In this document: positions 46,541-57,984 of the stretch, piece by piece
How positions within the stretch are numbered: the stretch's first letter is position 1
Layout of the letters: the number at the start of each line of letters is the position of its first letter
NCBI GenBank assembly: GCA_002269645.1
Contig: NIVC01000399.1
Location: 218,205-282,204, forward strand
Length of the DNA: 64,000 nucleotides
Source: Macrostomum lignano
Lineage: Eukaryota
Reading direction: 5' to 3'
Notes under the pieces: generated by a model
Databases searched by the model: none
Seen by the model: only the letters and a program-made list of their open reading frames with translations
Told to the model about the DNA's origin: nothing
Program-made: the position numbers and the translations under genes

Positions 46541-48925
46541 ATGCTTTTCAAAGCGGCGCCCGTTCTGATCTTGCTGTTTTTGGCCCAGCTGCCGAGCAGC
46601 TCGCAGAACAGTCTGGATCGGCTGTCGGATCTGGAGACGGGAATTTCAACTTCATGGCGGAACAACGATCGTCAGACTTTTCAAGCCAATGTCAGCAGCG
46701 CAATGGAAAGAGAAATTCCAAAGCTTCTACTTGAGGTGACGTCATCTGTGAGCTCGATACTGGCAGATGCGTTCGCTCGAATGCCTGGCAAGCTGAAGCT
46801 TCTGTCACATGTGTTTACCATCAGTTCCGTAGTGACTGACGTTTTAGGAAAGATTCTTTTCAACGAGGCTGACCAATTCGCTGAATTGTACTCTTACCTG
46901 GAGAAGAGATTTATTGAGGTAAGTCACCACTATACATAAGTTCATTAGTTCTTTGGTTTTTAAGTTTCATTTCACTTAATACGTACCGAGCGTGCATCAG
47001 CCAACAAGGCTCTTACACTGTTTTGTACGAGCGTAACTTTAAATGGGCTGATGCGCTTTATACGTGATGCACTTAATGCAATTTCAATACAACTAAGACA
47101 ATTTGGATCACGGGGGTATTGCTGAGATGTCCGCCAAAGCTCACGGGGGGATTACTGAGATTTCAAAGCTTACGGGGGTTGCTCAGCTGCTTTGAGCCAA
47201 AGCTTATAGGGAGTGCTGATATCTGTGGCTAGATAGCTAGCTGGCTTTCAGGGTGGATGGTTTTCTGTTTGAAGCATTATTTTCCTTAAGCCTGACGGGC
47301 GCACATATTGCTTGTCTGTCTACTATAAGTAGAGTAAAACTATTCAAAGCTGAGTTTGCGTTGATATTTCTTACAACGAACTTTATTCAGAGCGACACCC
47401 TGTTTCAATTTTCAATTTCAGTTGAACGCTATGATTGAAGCGAATTTCCACGCCATCAAAGACTTAGAGAGTGTTGTGCAGTGCGGCCAGGTCTCTAGAG
47501 AGTTGATGTCGCGTCAGACTCTTGTCAGAGGTTTCTTTAGCAGGTACAAGGAGATGCTGGAGCGAGCTAAGACTGGTCGAGAGGAAGCATTGAAGATTTT
47601 TGACACTGAGCTGCGTGAGTTTAATCGCATTTGTGTCGCAACCTTTTACTGACAAAAATTAGTGGTCACAAGAAATGCAGCTGATGTCAATCGACATCTT
47701 TTTCAGCTCAGCTCCAGAGCTCGCGAGTTCTACTAGAGCTGCAGCAGATGCTCACTGACAAAACCGTGTTCGCAAAGCTGCTCACCTACTGCGCTCGCGG
47801 CGACCTGATCCTGTACCTGAAGATGATGGTGGAGCTGCACCACACTTTCCAGCAGGCGATCATTTTGGACACGGCCGCCAAAATTCGACTCTTCGGTCTG
47901 ACTAAGGAGAAGTTGACAACGGACAGGCAGGCATGGAGGGAAAAGTCGATGCTGGTGAGATGACAATTTGGTTTTCTTTCTGACTGTACAAACTTACCAA
48001 CTAACTAATGATGATTAGTTATTAGAGCACACGTAATCCACCAGGGCAGGGTACTTTCGCGCCAGTACATGTATCAAACCGTTGGTCTAGTCTGCCCCAG
48101 TGCCCAGTGTAGTTGGCTTTGATTTTTATACGGAGACATATAATTAACTTGTATACCCTACTCTAACCAATCCAGGTGGTTAGCCGAATGGCGGATGTCG
48201 GCAACGACCTGGTAATGAAGAGCTGGTATAACTTCTACAGAGCCGATATTGAAAAGTCGATTGGAACCTCGGCTAACCAGCGGCCTTCGGATGCTGCTGG
48301 CCTGCTAAACTCCGTCCTTAATCAAAAGTACATCTACGTTCGTACTGCGGTGATCATCGTGCCGTACGACAGCAAGTCCATCGACATCACGGATGCGTTT
48401 GGCCACGACATGCGAATCGTGAGCGCGGACAGCTTCGTCTGTCACAGGAGTCGCCGGGCGTCCGGCGAGACGGTCATCGTGCTGTGCCGCAACGTGTTCG
48501 TCTACCCGAAGGAGCAGGCGGACCTCGACAGCGCCTACGCCACCTACACCAGAGGCGTCCTCTCGCTCAGCCTCGTTGATGCGCTGCGGAACGACCGCTG
48601 GGACGACATTGGTAGCGTGATGAACACCTACCAGGTGTCGTTCTTCGCCGTGAGAGTTGTTGTGTACCTGAACAGCGGCAGCTCAGTAGCCACTGCGCAG
48701 TCGAAAATGGCATCAAATCTGGCGTTCTTCCAGTCTGAAGGGACCGGCTTCCAGGCTTTGGTCACCGCCAAGCTGGCTGCTCGCGGTGGCGGTAGTAGTG
48801 TTGTGCCACCAACCAAAGTGAAGTCAGCTGAATCGACTGTCGCGGCTTGTTGGCCAGTTTTGGTAGCTTTGGCTTCGTTAATTATCATCAAAGTGAAGTT
48901 GATCAACGGCGATGCTGCTATGTAA
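46541..48925 (+). CDS. Uncharacterised secreted, probably GPI-anchored protein, paralogue 3 (522 aa)
   Basis: Exons 46541-46918, 47422-47614, 47707-47954, 48176-48925. Same exon structure and motifs (LET.IS..WR.NDR, NFHAIK, LLTYCA.GD, ELHHTF.QAI). Confidence 0.88.
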
Positions 48926-49640
48926 CTGTCGGAATGTTGCTGATTGGTGGAACCCGAGCTATCCGGATATTTAGAAATTGTTTTGAGACTGTAAAACTGA
49001 AAACAAAAACTAAAATGAGGTAGATCTGTAAAGCTAAGAGCATATGTAGCTAAATTTATTATATTTTTATCAATATTATCACATCACTAGATAGAACCTA
49101 GAAGCTAAATTTGTATTACTGAAGTTTCCAGAAAAGTTATAGTACTCGTAGAATTTTTTGCGAACTAAAATAAAATAAAATAAAAAACGTCTGTTTTCTC
49201 TGCACTTGTGACTTGTTGTGACTTTTGACTTGCGAAATCTTGTTCATTTTCCTGTGCTTCCATCACATGCAGCATTTGGTTACAAAAGCACTTTCGAGCA
49301 CAAGTGAACTACCTTATCAAAGCAGCGTATTTGTTATGATGACAGTCAGGAAAAATTTAGCAACATAGAAAATTTGCGTAATTTCGTATATTTTTCTGTC
49401 CCAAAACAAAACTTTGAAACACACGAGAGCAATTGGTTTGCAATACGTTAGTAACTCGTTAAGGCTTTAGAAATCATAATTGTTCTCTTGCTGCTGGAAT
49501 GTTGAAGTCACAGAGTAGTCAATAGCAGCTATTTAAAATGTAGGTTAATTTTGCAGCTTGTCAGAAACAACTTGTGCGAGGCAGGCCAGAATTGTCGCTG
49601 ATAAATTACACGGCTGTCAAAATCTAAATTTATTTTCTTC

Positions 49641-52025
49641 TCAATCGTCGTCCTCGCCGCCCTCCTCGTCGCCGTAGCCCTCCTCCTCGCCCTCCTCGGC
49701 CTGGGCCAGCAGCGCTTTGAGGGCTGCCTCCTCCTCGGGCGTCGGGTCATCGGTCTCTTTGAGCTCCGGGTCGCTGACAAACTCCGCCATGACTGGCGGC
49801 GGCGGGGCCGGGCTGTAGTTCTCGGAGGTGAACTTGTGGCCCCAGCCGATATAGATGTTCTCGCACACTCTGTGGTACAGAGGAGGCGTTCAGTAGCTAG
49901 TGTAAGCATCTGTTTCTACTACTAAAAGTTTTGTGTGTGGCAAGTACATGTCTATCTAAGAACAGAATGAAGCGGTCTAATGTGAGTCCTAGTAGGACTC
50001 ACTACATGTACCAGTTTGTCGCAAACATGATGTCATCCAGTAACTCTGAGTGAGTAATTTACTTTCTTTGAATTTGAACCAGCTCTGAATCTGCGACTGT
50101 CAAGGCATTTGCATCTATGTGTATGCAAAACGAATGTTCTGCCTTGTGCAATAAATAACTCGACGCCCGCCGTTGCTTACTTGCCACTCGCCACAGCGTG
50201 CGCTCCTGGCCACAGGTTGGACGACACGACGGTTACAGCGAAGCGCTGCACCAGGCCACTGGACAGGCGCACAGTCCACGGCTGCATGCCGTCAATTGGC
50301 GCGTCCTCGGACAGTGACGTCAGCAGCGGCGGCCCAACCTCAGGCTGGGGCTGGGGCTGCTCCTCTTTTTCCTCTTCTTCGTCCTCGAGCTCCTCGTCCT
50401 CGTCAATTTGGACGGGGTTCCACCACCGGGTGCGGCCCTGCGGCAGGATGTGCAGCACGTGGTGGGCCCAGGCCTCAGGGTCCGCCAGGGCGCGCACAGG
50501 CGGCGGCTCGTACTCGGGATTCTCCGCGCACGACTCATGCCCGACGCCGTCCTCCTCCTCTTCTTCCTCTTCGCCGAACGTGTAGAAATCCTTCGGCGAG
50601 ACGTGCGTCCCGGCTGAGATGCGCGCAATCTGGGCGCGCAGGTAGTTTGCCTCGGTGCCGGGGAACGGCGGGTAAGTCACGATCGGCGCGTCCAGCCGGC
50701 CAGTGAAGAACTTCTTGATTCGCCGGGCCACGTGAATCTGGGCTGGCGTGGCGTTCGGCAGGCGGATCCAGGCCTTTCCGGGCTCGTTGCACACGAAGTA
50801 AGCGTACTTGTTAGCGCCAGTTCCGGGCTCCTCTTTTGGTACCGGCGGAGCCGGCTTAAAGTTCGGCTTGGGAGTGTCATCCTCCGTCTCCTCTTCTTCG
50901 CCCTCCTCGTCGTCCTTGTCGTCGCGCTCCGGCTCGGCCTCCTCTTCGGCCTCTTCTTCGCCTTCGCCTTCGCGGAATTCAACCTCGGCAACGTAGTAGT
51001 TCTGCTCAGTGCCCAGCACTTTGCCCCAGAAGCGCAGCTTCTCGATCGGCTTCTCGTCTACCAGCTTCTTGAGCGACAGCCAGATGCGGTAGATCTCGTC
51101 CTTGTCGATGCCTGCAATGGAGGAGAATTTTATGGAAAATAGACGTGAATTATAGAATCAGGGAATATCTCGGAGTGATTTTATACCACCTGCTCTCTGT
51201 CTAAGATCGGCGAAAAGTGGCTGACGTCTCGTAAAATTCCTGGGTTGCTACTCGTATAATCTTACTTGTGCGATTAACGCTCATAAGGCCTGATGTTAAG
51301 AAGGAACTACAGGGCAGGTGCAAACAACTGTGGGAGTTCGGTACCTAATTGCTGCCTCAGTGAGTGCAGGTTGGCTGTCGCAAGGAGTTGCGGAGGTCAT
51401 CTATTGCCCACAACAAAACAACAAGACTTCCCATTTGCGGTGTTCATTTATTGGTAAAGACCTGACATAACGTAATTAAAGGCATCTCTACTCACCTACG
51501 CCGCCCTGCTCAAAGAAGAAGGCGAGCTGCAGAAGATTGGGCAGCCTCGGATCAGCGTCGTCCTCGCCCATCGCTTCGTCATCGTCGCCGTCGGGCCTCT
51601 AGAATAAATTAGAACTATTCTAGTCAGTTAAAACAGTCCAACAAGTCCTGACTGACAAGTAACAATGTACAGCCAAGCCAAGCGCTTACGTTAAACAGTC
51701 GCTTCTGAATTTCGGCCAGAGCGATCTCAGTGCTGCGGTCGAGCTTTCCGCGTAGGGAGTCGCCATCGCCGGCGAGACGCGATCGCTTGCACTCCTTGCT
51801 GATGTCCTCGAAGATGTCGACAACGTCCCGTGGACGTTCTTCGAGAATCTTACGCAGGCAGGTGACCAGGTGCTCGTAGAGGTTGATGCCAGTTGAGTTG
51901 GTGGTTGAGAGCAGGTACGTCTTATCGGTGAGGAAGTTCTGCTCCTTTGTGGTCGGCTCCTGGGCTCCATCTGGCACTGGAGTCTGTGGCTGAGATGACT
52001 TGCGGCTCTGAGTGTCCGACATCAT
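49641..52025 (-). CDS. RSPH4A: Radial spoke head protein 4/6 homologue (532 aa)
   Basis: Exons 51690-52025, 51496-51598, 50181-51111, 49641-49869, GT-AG with consistent phases. [84 protein letters not shown]4A and RSPH6A cannot be distinguished. Confidence 0.95.
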
Positions 52026-53330
52026 GCAAATAATCAATAGTAAATAAGATTAACATAATTGCCCAGTTAGTATTTTCTATAAAATGAAATTAAATAGCTG
52101 GTTATTAACCAAGCAATGAACCAAGAGGTAGCAGCCACATCTTGGAATCGACTTGATTGTAAGATAAAGCCATGGAAAATATGGATCAGTATCAGCAGCT
52201 CCTTACGAATAAATATTGCTTTTATAGATAGCCGTTATAATAAATTTTCTAATTGCTAAATTCACTAAAATATTACAATAATCTAGTCAGCTCACATGAG
52301 GGGAAGTGACAATTGAATTCCTGTTACAGAAAAAGTATATTCTCTTGCATAAACTAGGCATTAAAAATGGCCAATGATAAGTGTCATTTTAATTGGAACT
52401 AAGCATGGAAACAAGATTGCCTTCCCTTTTTGAATGTATGGATCGAAAGGACCAAAGCAACATTCTTTCAATAAAAATTGACGGAATAAGTCTTACGCAG
52501 CTTTTTATTGAGTCTTAGTTTGAGTCCTATTTTCAGTAGCTTTTTTGAACACAATTTTTTAACTAATAAGAAATTAAACAAAAGCAAAAAATCCCAAGTT
52601 AGAAATTCAGAACCTGAAAATTGCACCAAAAGGAATAGACCATTCAAGTTATGATAAACAGTATAACTGTATCACGAAATTGACATGTTTTTCTAATGTA
52701 TTAGAAATGTGCTGCCAACTGCAAAATTGTGTTATTAAAGAAATAAATTAAAAAAGACAGTAAAACTTTTCAACAATTCTGCGTTTATATAACTCCAAAA
52801 ACTTATTCTATTAAGAAGTATAAAAATTAAGCCAAAATTTATTGCATAGCAGGTAAATAAAAACTAAATAATAATTGGCGCACTGCCACTTTAGAATATT
52901 CTGTTCTGTAGTATTGAATAAATGCGTACAAATCTAAATAACTTTGGGCTTGTTTTCTATGCCACATTCTCAAATAATGACAGAATTATTTTCAAAAATT
53001 ATTCCTAAATATCCTGAATATTTATAAATAACAGGCTTACTCCCGTGGGATTAGGTGGAGATCTCACTATTAGTTTTAGCTCACTGGAAAGCGCAGCTCC
53101 ATGAATAATGTAAAATTTGCCAATTAAACTTTTGATTGCTTACATAGAAACGGTCTTTAAAGCAGTGAACTTAAAATTCTTATGAAAAGAAATATTTTGT
53201 AGATGAAAGTTTCTTGTTTTTGCATAAAATTACAATTTTACTTTTTAAGCTTTTCAAAATTTGCTATAATCAGTAACGCGAAAAATTTAAATAACTGTTT
53301 TTGGGCCTTTTCATATTGCTTGCTCTGGTT

Positions 53331-53541
53331 CCAGAACCAGAACCAATTTGTGAAGTATAACTTTTTGTCTCCATAACTAGAGGGAGATACGTGCTATAAA
53401 GTTTTTATTATTGAATGACAATCGCCAAGAAGAAAGTGAAAAATTGTGCTAAGTTAGGTTGTTAAGGCAGTCAAATATTAACAGAGTTTAATAGTTATAC
53501 TGCTGTTTTTCTTGGAATTCCGAACCGATTCTGGTTCTGGA
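53331..53541. mobile_element. Possible small MITE (TTCCAGAACCAGAA / TTCTGGTTCTGGAA inverted ends)
   Basis: 14-bp perfect, ~20-bp imperfect inverted repeat; no clear TSD. Confidence 0.35.
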
Positions 53542-53901
53542 ATTGGTAATATGAAAAGGCCCTTTGTAGAAAAGGCTGGCCAGAGTGACTTCAGTGAGTC
53601 ACTTTATGATGAAACCAAAGGAATATTCAAGCGATTTTCAGTTTCAGATGGATTTTACGGACACAAAAGCTATGTGCTTTACAATACACAAACACGAAGC
53701 CTAGTAGCAGTAGCCTTAATTAGCACGCACGTCTAGTAAAGACGCCCCACTTAACAACTCTAGCCCAAATCAATTCTGTTATCTGTAGTGTGTAGTATGT
53801 ATAGCCGAACCCAAATAGGAAATAAATGAAACTTGAGAATAAATAAATTTATCAAATAGGACCGTATCTGCCTGCTGCCACCTAAAAATTCCTATCTTTT
53901 T

Positions 53902-54079
53902 CAGTGGCGCAACCAGGGGGGGGGGGGGGGCGGTCGCCCCCTTAGGCGGAGACCAAAAAAATCAAAGGGGGACCAAGCGAATTTTCGCAAAAAACAGAGC
54001 CACCCTTCCGCCCCCTCCCCCTCCCGGGACTTTACCCCTAGAATCCGCCCCCCTCAAAAAATTTCTGGTTGCGCTACTG
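53902..54079. mobile_element. hAT-type MITE
   Basis: TIRs CAGTGGCGCAACCAG / CTGGTTGCGCTACTG. 8-bp flanks ATCTTTTT / ATCTTTTA. Confidence 0.82.
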
Positions 54080-54394
54080 ATCTTTTACTTTTGAGTCCTT
54101 GAATGTTTGTATTCATCCCCTGCTCTATTAACCTGTGTGTATGCAGCATTTTTGTTTGAGGTGAATTTAATTCTACTTTTTTCTAGGCTTTTGATTTTTT
54201 TAGGATAGTGCATACTACCTATGTCAGGCCCTAGACCTTATCTCTAATATAAGCATAATCATACAGTGTCAGTCTTTTTGGCATACATTGCAATCCCCCT
54301 GATTTACACTGGCCATGCCCATATGACTTACTTTTTGACCAAAAATGCAACTTATCTGTAAAAAAAACCCTAAAGCAAAAATTTATGCTATTTT

Positions 54395-54458
54395 GGGTAA
54401 ATGGCAGGAGTAACTATGACTGTCTTATGGAGACATAATGCCTCAGCATCTAATTAGT
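54395..54458 (+). other. 28S rRNA-derived fragment (R2/I-PpoI target region), copy 2
   Basis: GGGTAAATGGCAGGAGTAACTATGACTGTCTTA...AATGCCTCAGCATCTAATTAGT; shares about 40 bp of upstream sequence with copy 1. Confidence 0.78.
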
Positions 54459-55340
54459 ATTTAGTACTACATCTGTACTTTTAGGCTAGGCATTTATACG
54501 ACTTATCCCTGGTCTACCACAATTTACAGTGGCTGGATTGGCCAGGTTGGTTAGCAGTTGCACATGTATGCTTTTTGGTGACATTTTTTGGATTGATCTT
54601 ATAGCTTTATCTATCTATCTAAACCCTATTTATTGTGGCTATAGTTTAGAGATATAGCTTTAAGAATGGATTATATAATATAGTCATTTTAGTGACATAA
54701 AAATAAAAAAAATTTTGGTGATAAACTCATAGACTCTTTAGTGACAACTGTTTTGGTTGCAAGCAAAAAATTGTTCTAATAATCCTAAGTGACAAGTTTA
54801 TTTAGAGGTTTACTAAAACAATTAAACAATAACATTTAGGCCTAATTTTGCTTATTTGCTAGGACAAAAATTAAATGTAGGGCCTATGCCAATTTTAATT
54901 TTTTCTAAATATTCAAAAGACACAAATATATTGATCTTCTAACAAATTTTTTGAAATATGCAAAATTTAAATACCAACAAAATAAGTATGCTTATAAACT
55001 TAAATTGTTACATGCTTTCTCCTATCACAAAATGAATAGTTGTAATCTTTATTTTTTACCTCAGATAAAATGTATTTATATTTATTGTACAAGCTATTGA
55101 AACCCGCAGATTTTGAACCTAGGAAACTCCAATCCCCAGAACCATTTTTGCATGTATTCTAAAATCTGAGGTCAAACTCAAACAAAAACTTGTTAATAGT
55201 TAGGATAGAGTTAAACAAAATAGAGTACACTCGTGTAAAATTAGGATTTGAAGCAAGCATTGATATTGTTGGCTAGGATGCTACGCAGAATGTCAGGCAA
55301 ACTCTGGCCTCTGCCCTCTACCTCTGCCTTTCCCTATGTC

Positions 55341-56736
55341 CTTTGGATCCTTTGAAGCTTCTATCTTCTCTTTTGTTTCCTCTCTTCTTTCTTCTCTCCT
55401 CTCTCCCCTCTTCTCTCGTTTCTTCCCTCTCCACACCCTCAACACTTCCCTTATCTCTCCTCTCTCTTTTTCCTCTCTTCTCTCTTCTCTCTTCTCTCAA
55501 CTTTCTCCTCCCTTCTCTCTTCTCTTTGCTCTCTTATCTCTCCTTTCTCTTCTTTTGTCTTTTCTCTATCTCTTCTCATTTCTCTCTGCTCTCTCTCAGT
55601 CTCTCTCTGCTCTCTCTCTCTCTACTCTCTCTCCTCTCTTTCTCTCTCCTTTCGTCTCTCCCCTCTTTCCTTTCCTCTCTCCTCCTTTTCCCCTATCTCC
55701 CCCGTCCTCTCGATTCCCCCCCTCCTCTCTCCTCACTCACTTCTCTCTCCCTTTGTCTCACCTCTCATCTCCCATCTCTTATTTCTTATCTCTCCTCTTC
55801 GCTCTACTCTCCCATCTCTCGTCTGTTCACTCTCGTTTCTACTCTCTCATCTCCCTTCTCTCATATGTCATCTTTACTCTCAGATGTTCTCTCACATTTC
55901 TCCTCTGTACTTTTCTCTTCCCCTTTTTTGATTCCTCTTTCCTTTCTCCTTTCTTCTCGTCTTTTCTCTTCCCTCTTCTATACTCTCTCCCTCTCTTGTC
56001 TTCTCTCTTCTCTCTCCACTCTCCTCTCTCCTCATATCGTCTGTTCACTTTCATCTTTGATCTCTCATCCCTCTCTATCTTCTGTCATCTCTACTCTCCT
56101 CTGTCCTGTGTACTCTTCTCTTCCTCTCTTCTGACTCCTCTCTTTCCTTACTCCTCTCTTCTCTTCCCTCTTCTATACTCACTCCCCTCTATTCTCTTCT
56201 CTCGTCTCTTTGCACTCTGCTCTCTCCTGCTTCATCTCTTATCTCTACAATTTCATCTCTTTCCACTCTTTCCCTCTTCCCTTTACTCTATCATCTCTTC
56301 TTTCTCAACTCTCTCCTCTCTCTCCCTCTCTCCCCTCTTATCTCCTCTCTTCTCTATCCTTTCTAGTCTCTCCTCTCGATCCTCTCTCATCTGCCTCTCT
56401 GCTCTCTCATCTCTACTCTCTTCTCACTCTTCTCTACTCTCCTCTCTCATCTATCATCTGTCTCATCTCTCCCCTCTTCTCTCTCCCTCTTCTCGCCTCT
56501 ACTCTTTCCTCTCCCTCCTCTCTCCCCTCCTTTCGCTTCTTCCTCCCATATTCTCTGCTCTCTCCTCACCCCTGGCCCCCTCGTCTCTCCTGTTATCTTC
56601 TATATTTTCTCTTATCCTCCTCTCGCCTCTCCTCTCTTCTAACAGTCTATTCCTTCTCTTTTCCACTCTCATCTGGCCTGCAGCCATGAGCTGGATTCTT
56701 TATCTGGCCTTTGAGGCAAAAATCTACCGATCCCTG
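55341..56736. repeat. ~1.3-kb C/T tract bounded by Charlie-like MITE end sequences
   Basis: Left ggatcctttgaagcttc and right atctggcctgcagccatgagctggattctttatctggcctttgaggcaaaaatctaccgatccctg match the 31532-31727 copy. Confidence 0.7.
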
Positions 56737-57984
56737 CTTCGAAAGCCAGTTTTTGGGACGTAGTACTCTCATTGTTGTTATCATTTCTCATGCTTTAATC
56801 ACGTCACCTTTCTGGCCAATTAGCAGTCCTGAGGGGAATTTGTGTATCTCCAGCTCCATCACCACCACCACAGTCTGCACTCTGCAGCAGTCCAACACAA
56901 CCAAGGAAATACGCATTTCTTAGGAGCCATTAAATTTTAAAGTTTTGAACCTTATGCGAAACTTAGTTAAAATTTTGATGGTGTAACTAATTTAGTAGGA
57001 TTGTATTGTAATCAATAACCAGTTATTCATTTATTTTTCGCTATTTTTATCCCACACCCCCGCATCGCCTTGATTTGCCATCCACTGTTAAACTGCTGCA
57101 GACTTGTCTATACAGAGGACAGTGGTTTGAATCTCTCGCTAAGCGGCTAAACTGTCATGGCTAAACGTAGCCAGGTAGCCTCTCGTCTACACGCGCGGGG
57201 GTGCAGGGAAGGAAGGCTATTAAAAAGTTATTCCAAAACACTGTACATTCGCTATGTACATTCAGCTCTATCGCCTGACCCTTGGTCTGGCTCTGGGGGA
57301 ATGAGTGAGTGAGCGGCACAAACAACAGAAAAAGCAGACAAACTTCACATGCTTACAGTTTCCGTCCTGATTGAGATACAGAGTTGAGACTTTACATTTA
57401 GACAGAGATTAGAGATTTAGTATATTTAGATGAGTCAATAAAGAATTGTGTCAAATTTGAAGTCAATTGCTTCACTTGGAGCAAACTTATGGCAGCCGAA
57501 AATAGTCATTTTAAAACCTATTTACCCTTTGCCTAGATCGGGAAAGAGAGGCAGGCGGGCGGAGGTTGGGGTGGCTGCCTTGCTGAAAAAAACAGCCTAA
57601 CTTTAAAAGTGCACAGCGCCGTTCAGGATTAACTTTGAGACTCGAAATTTTACACGATTGTGTCAAAATAGTTGAAGATTGATTGTGTCAAATTTGAAGA
57701 GGATCGGTAGAAGTGGAGCGGCGCTATGGAGGATTTAGTAAAAAAATCGCGAATTTTGAGCAGTTTTTTGCACTTTAAGGTAGGAAGACTTGGATTTAGG
57801 AAATTCAAAGGTAGCCTAAGACATTCTTCGTAGTGAATTTAGGGCGGGTGCAAAATTTGGTGGCATTTGGTTGGGCGGTTTGGGAGTCCATAGCAAACAA
57901 AATTGTCCACAGACACACACACAGAGTTTTGATTTTTATATGTAGAAGAGATTTATTGTAATAAAATTTATTACAAACGAGTGG

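Noticed and set aside
49982-50002. Palindrome gtgagtccta-g-taggactcac in RSPH intron 3
   Set aside because: A single 10-bp-arm hairpin with no other copy or TSD; may be chance or an excision footprint.
50109-51142. Plus-strand and alternate-frame ORFs over RSPH, NF-YB, Sec24 and the cluster genes
   Set aside because: Shadow ORFs of GC-rich coding exons with no independent motifs.
52026-55300. RFX X-box expected upstream of the ciliary gene RSPH4/6
   Set aside because: No convincing GTNRCC-N-RGYAAC site found by eye and the TSS is unknown, so no regulatory site is called.
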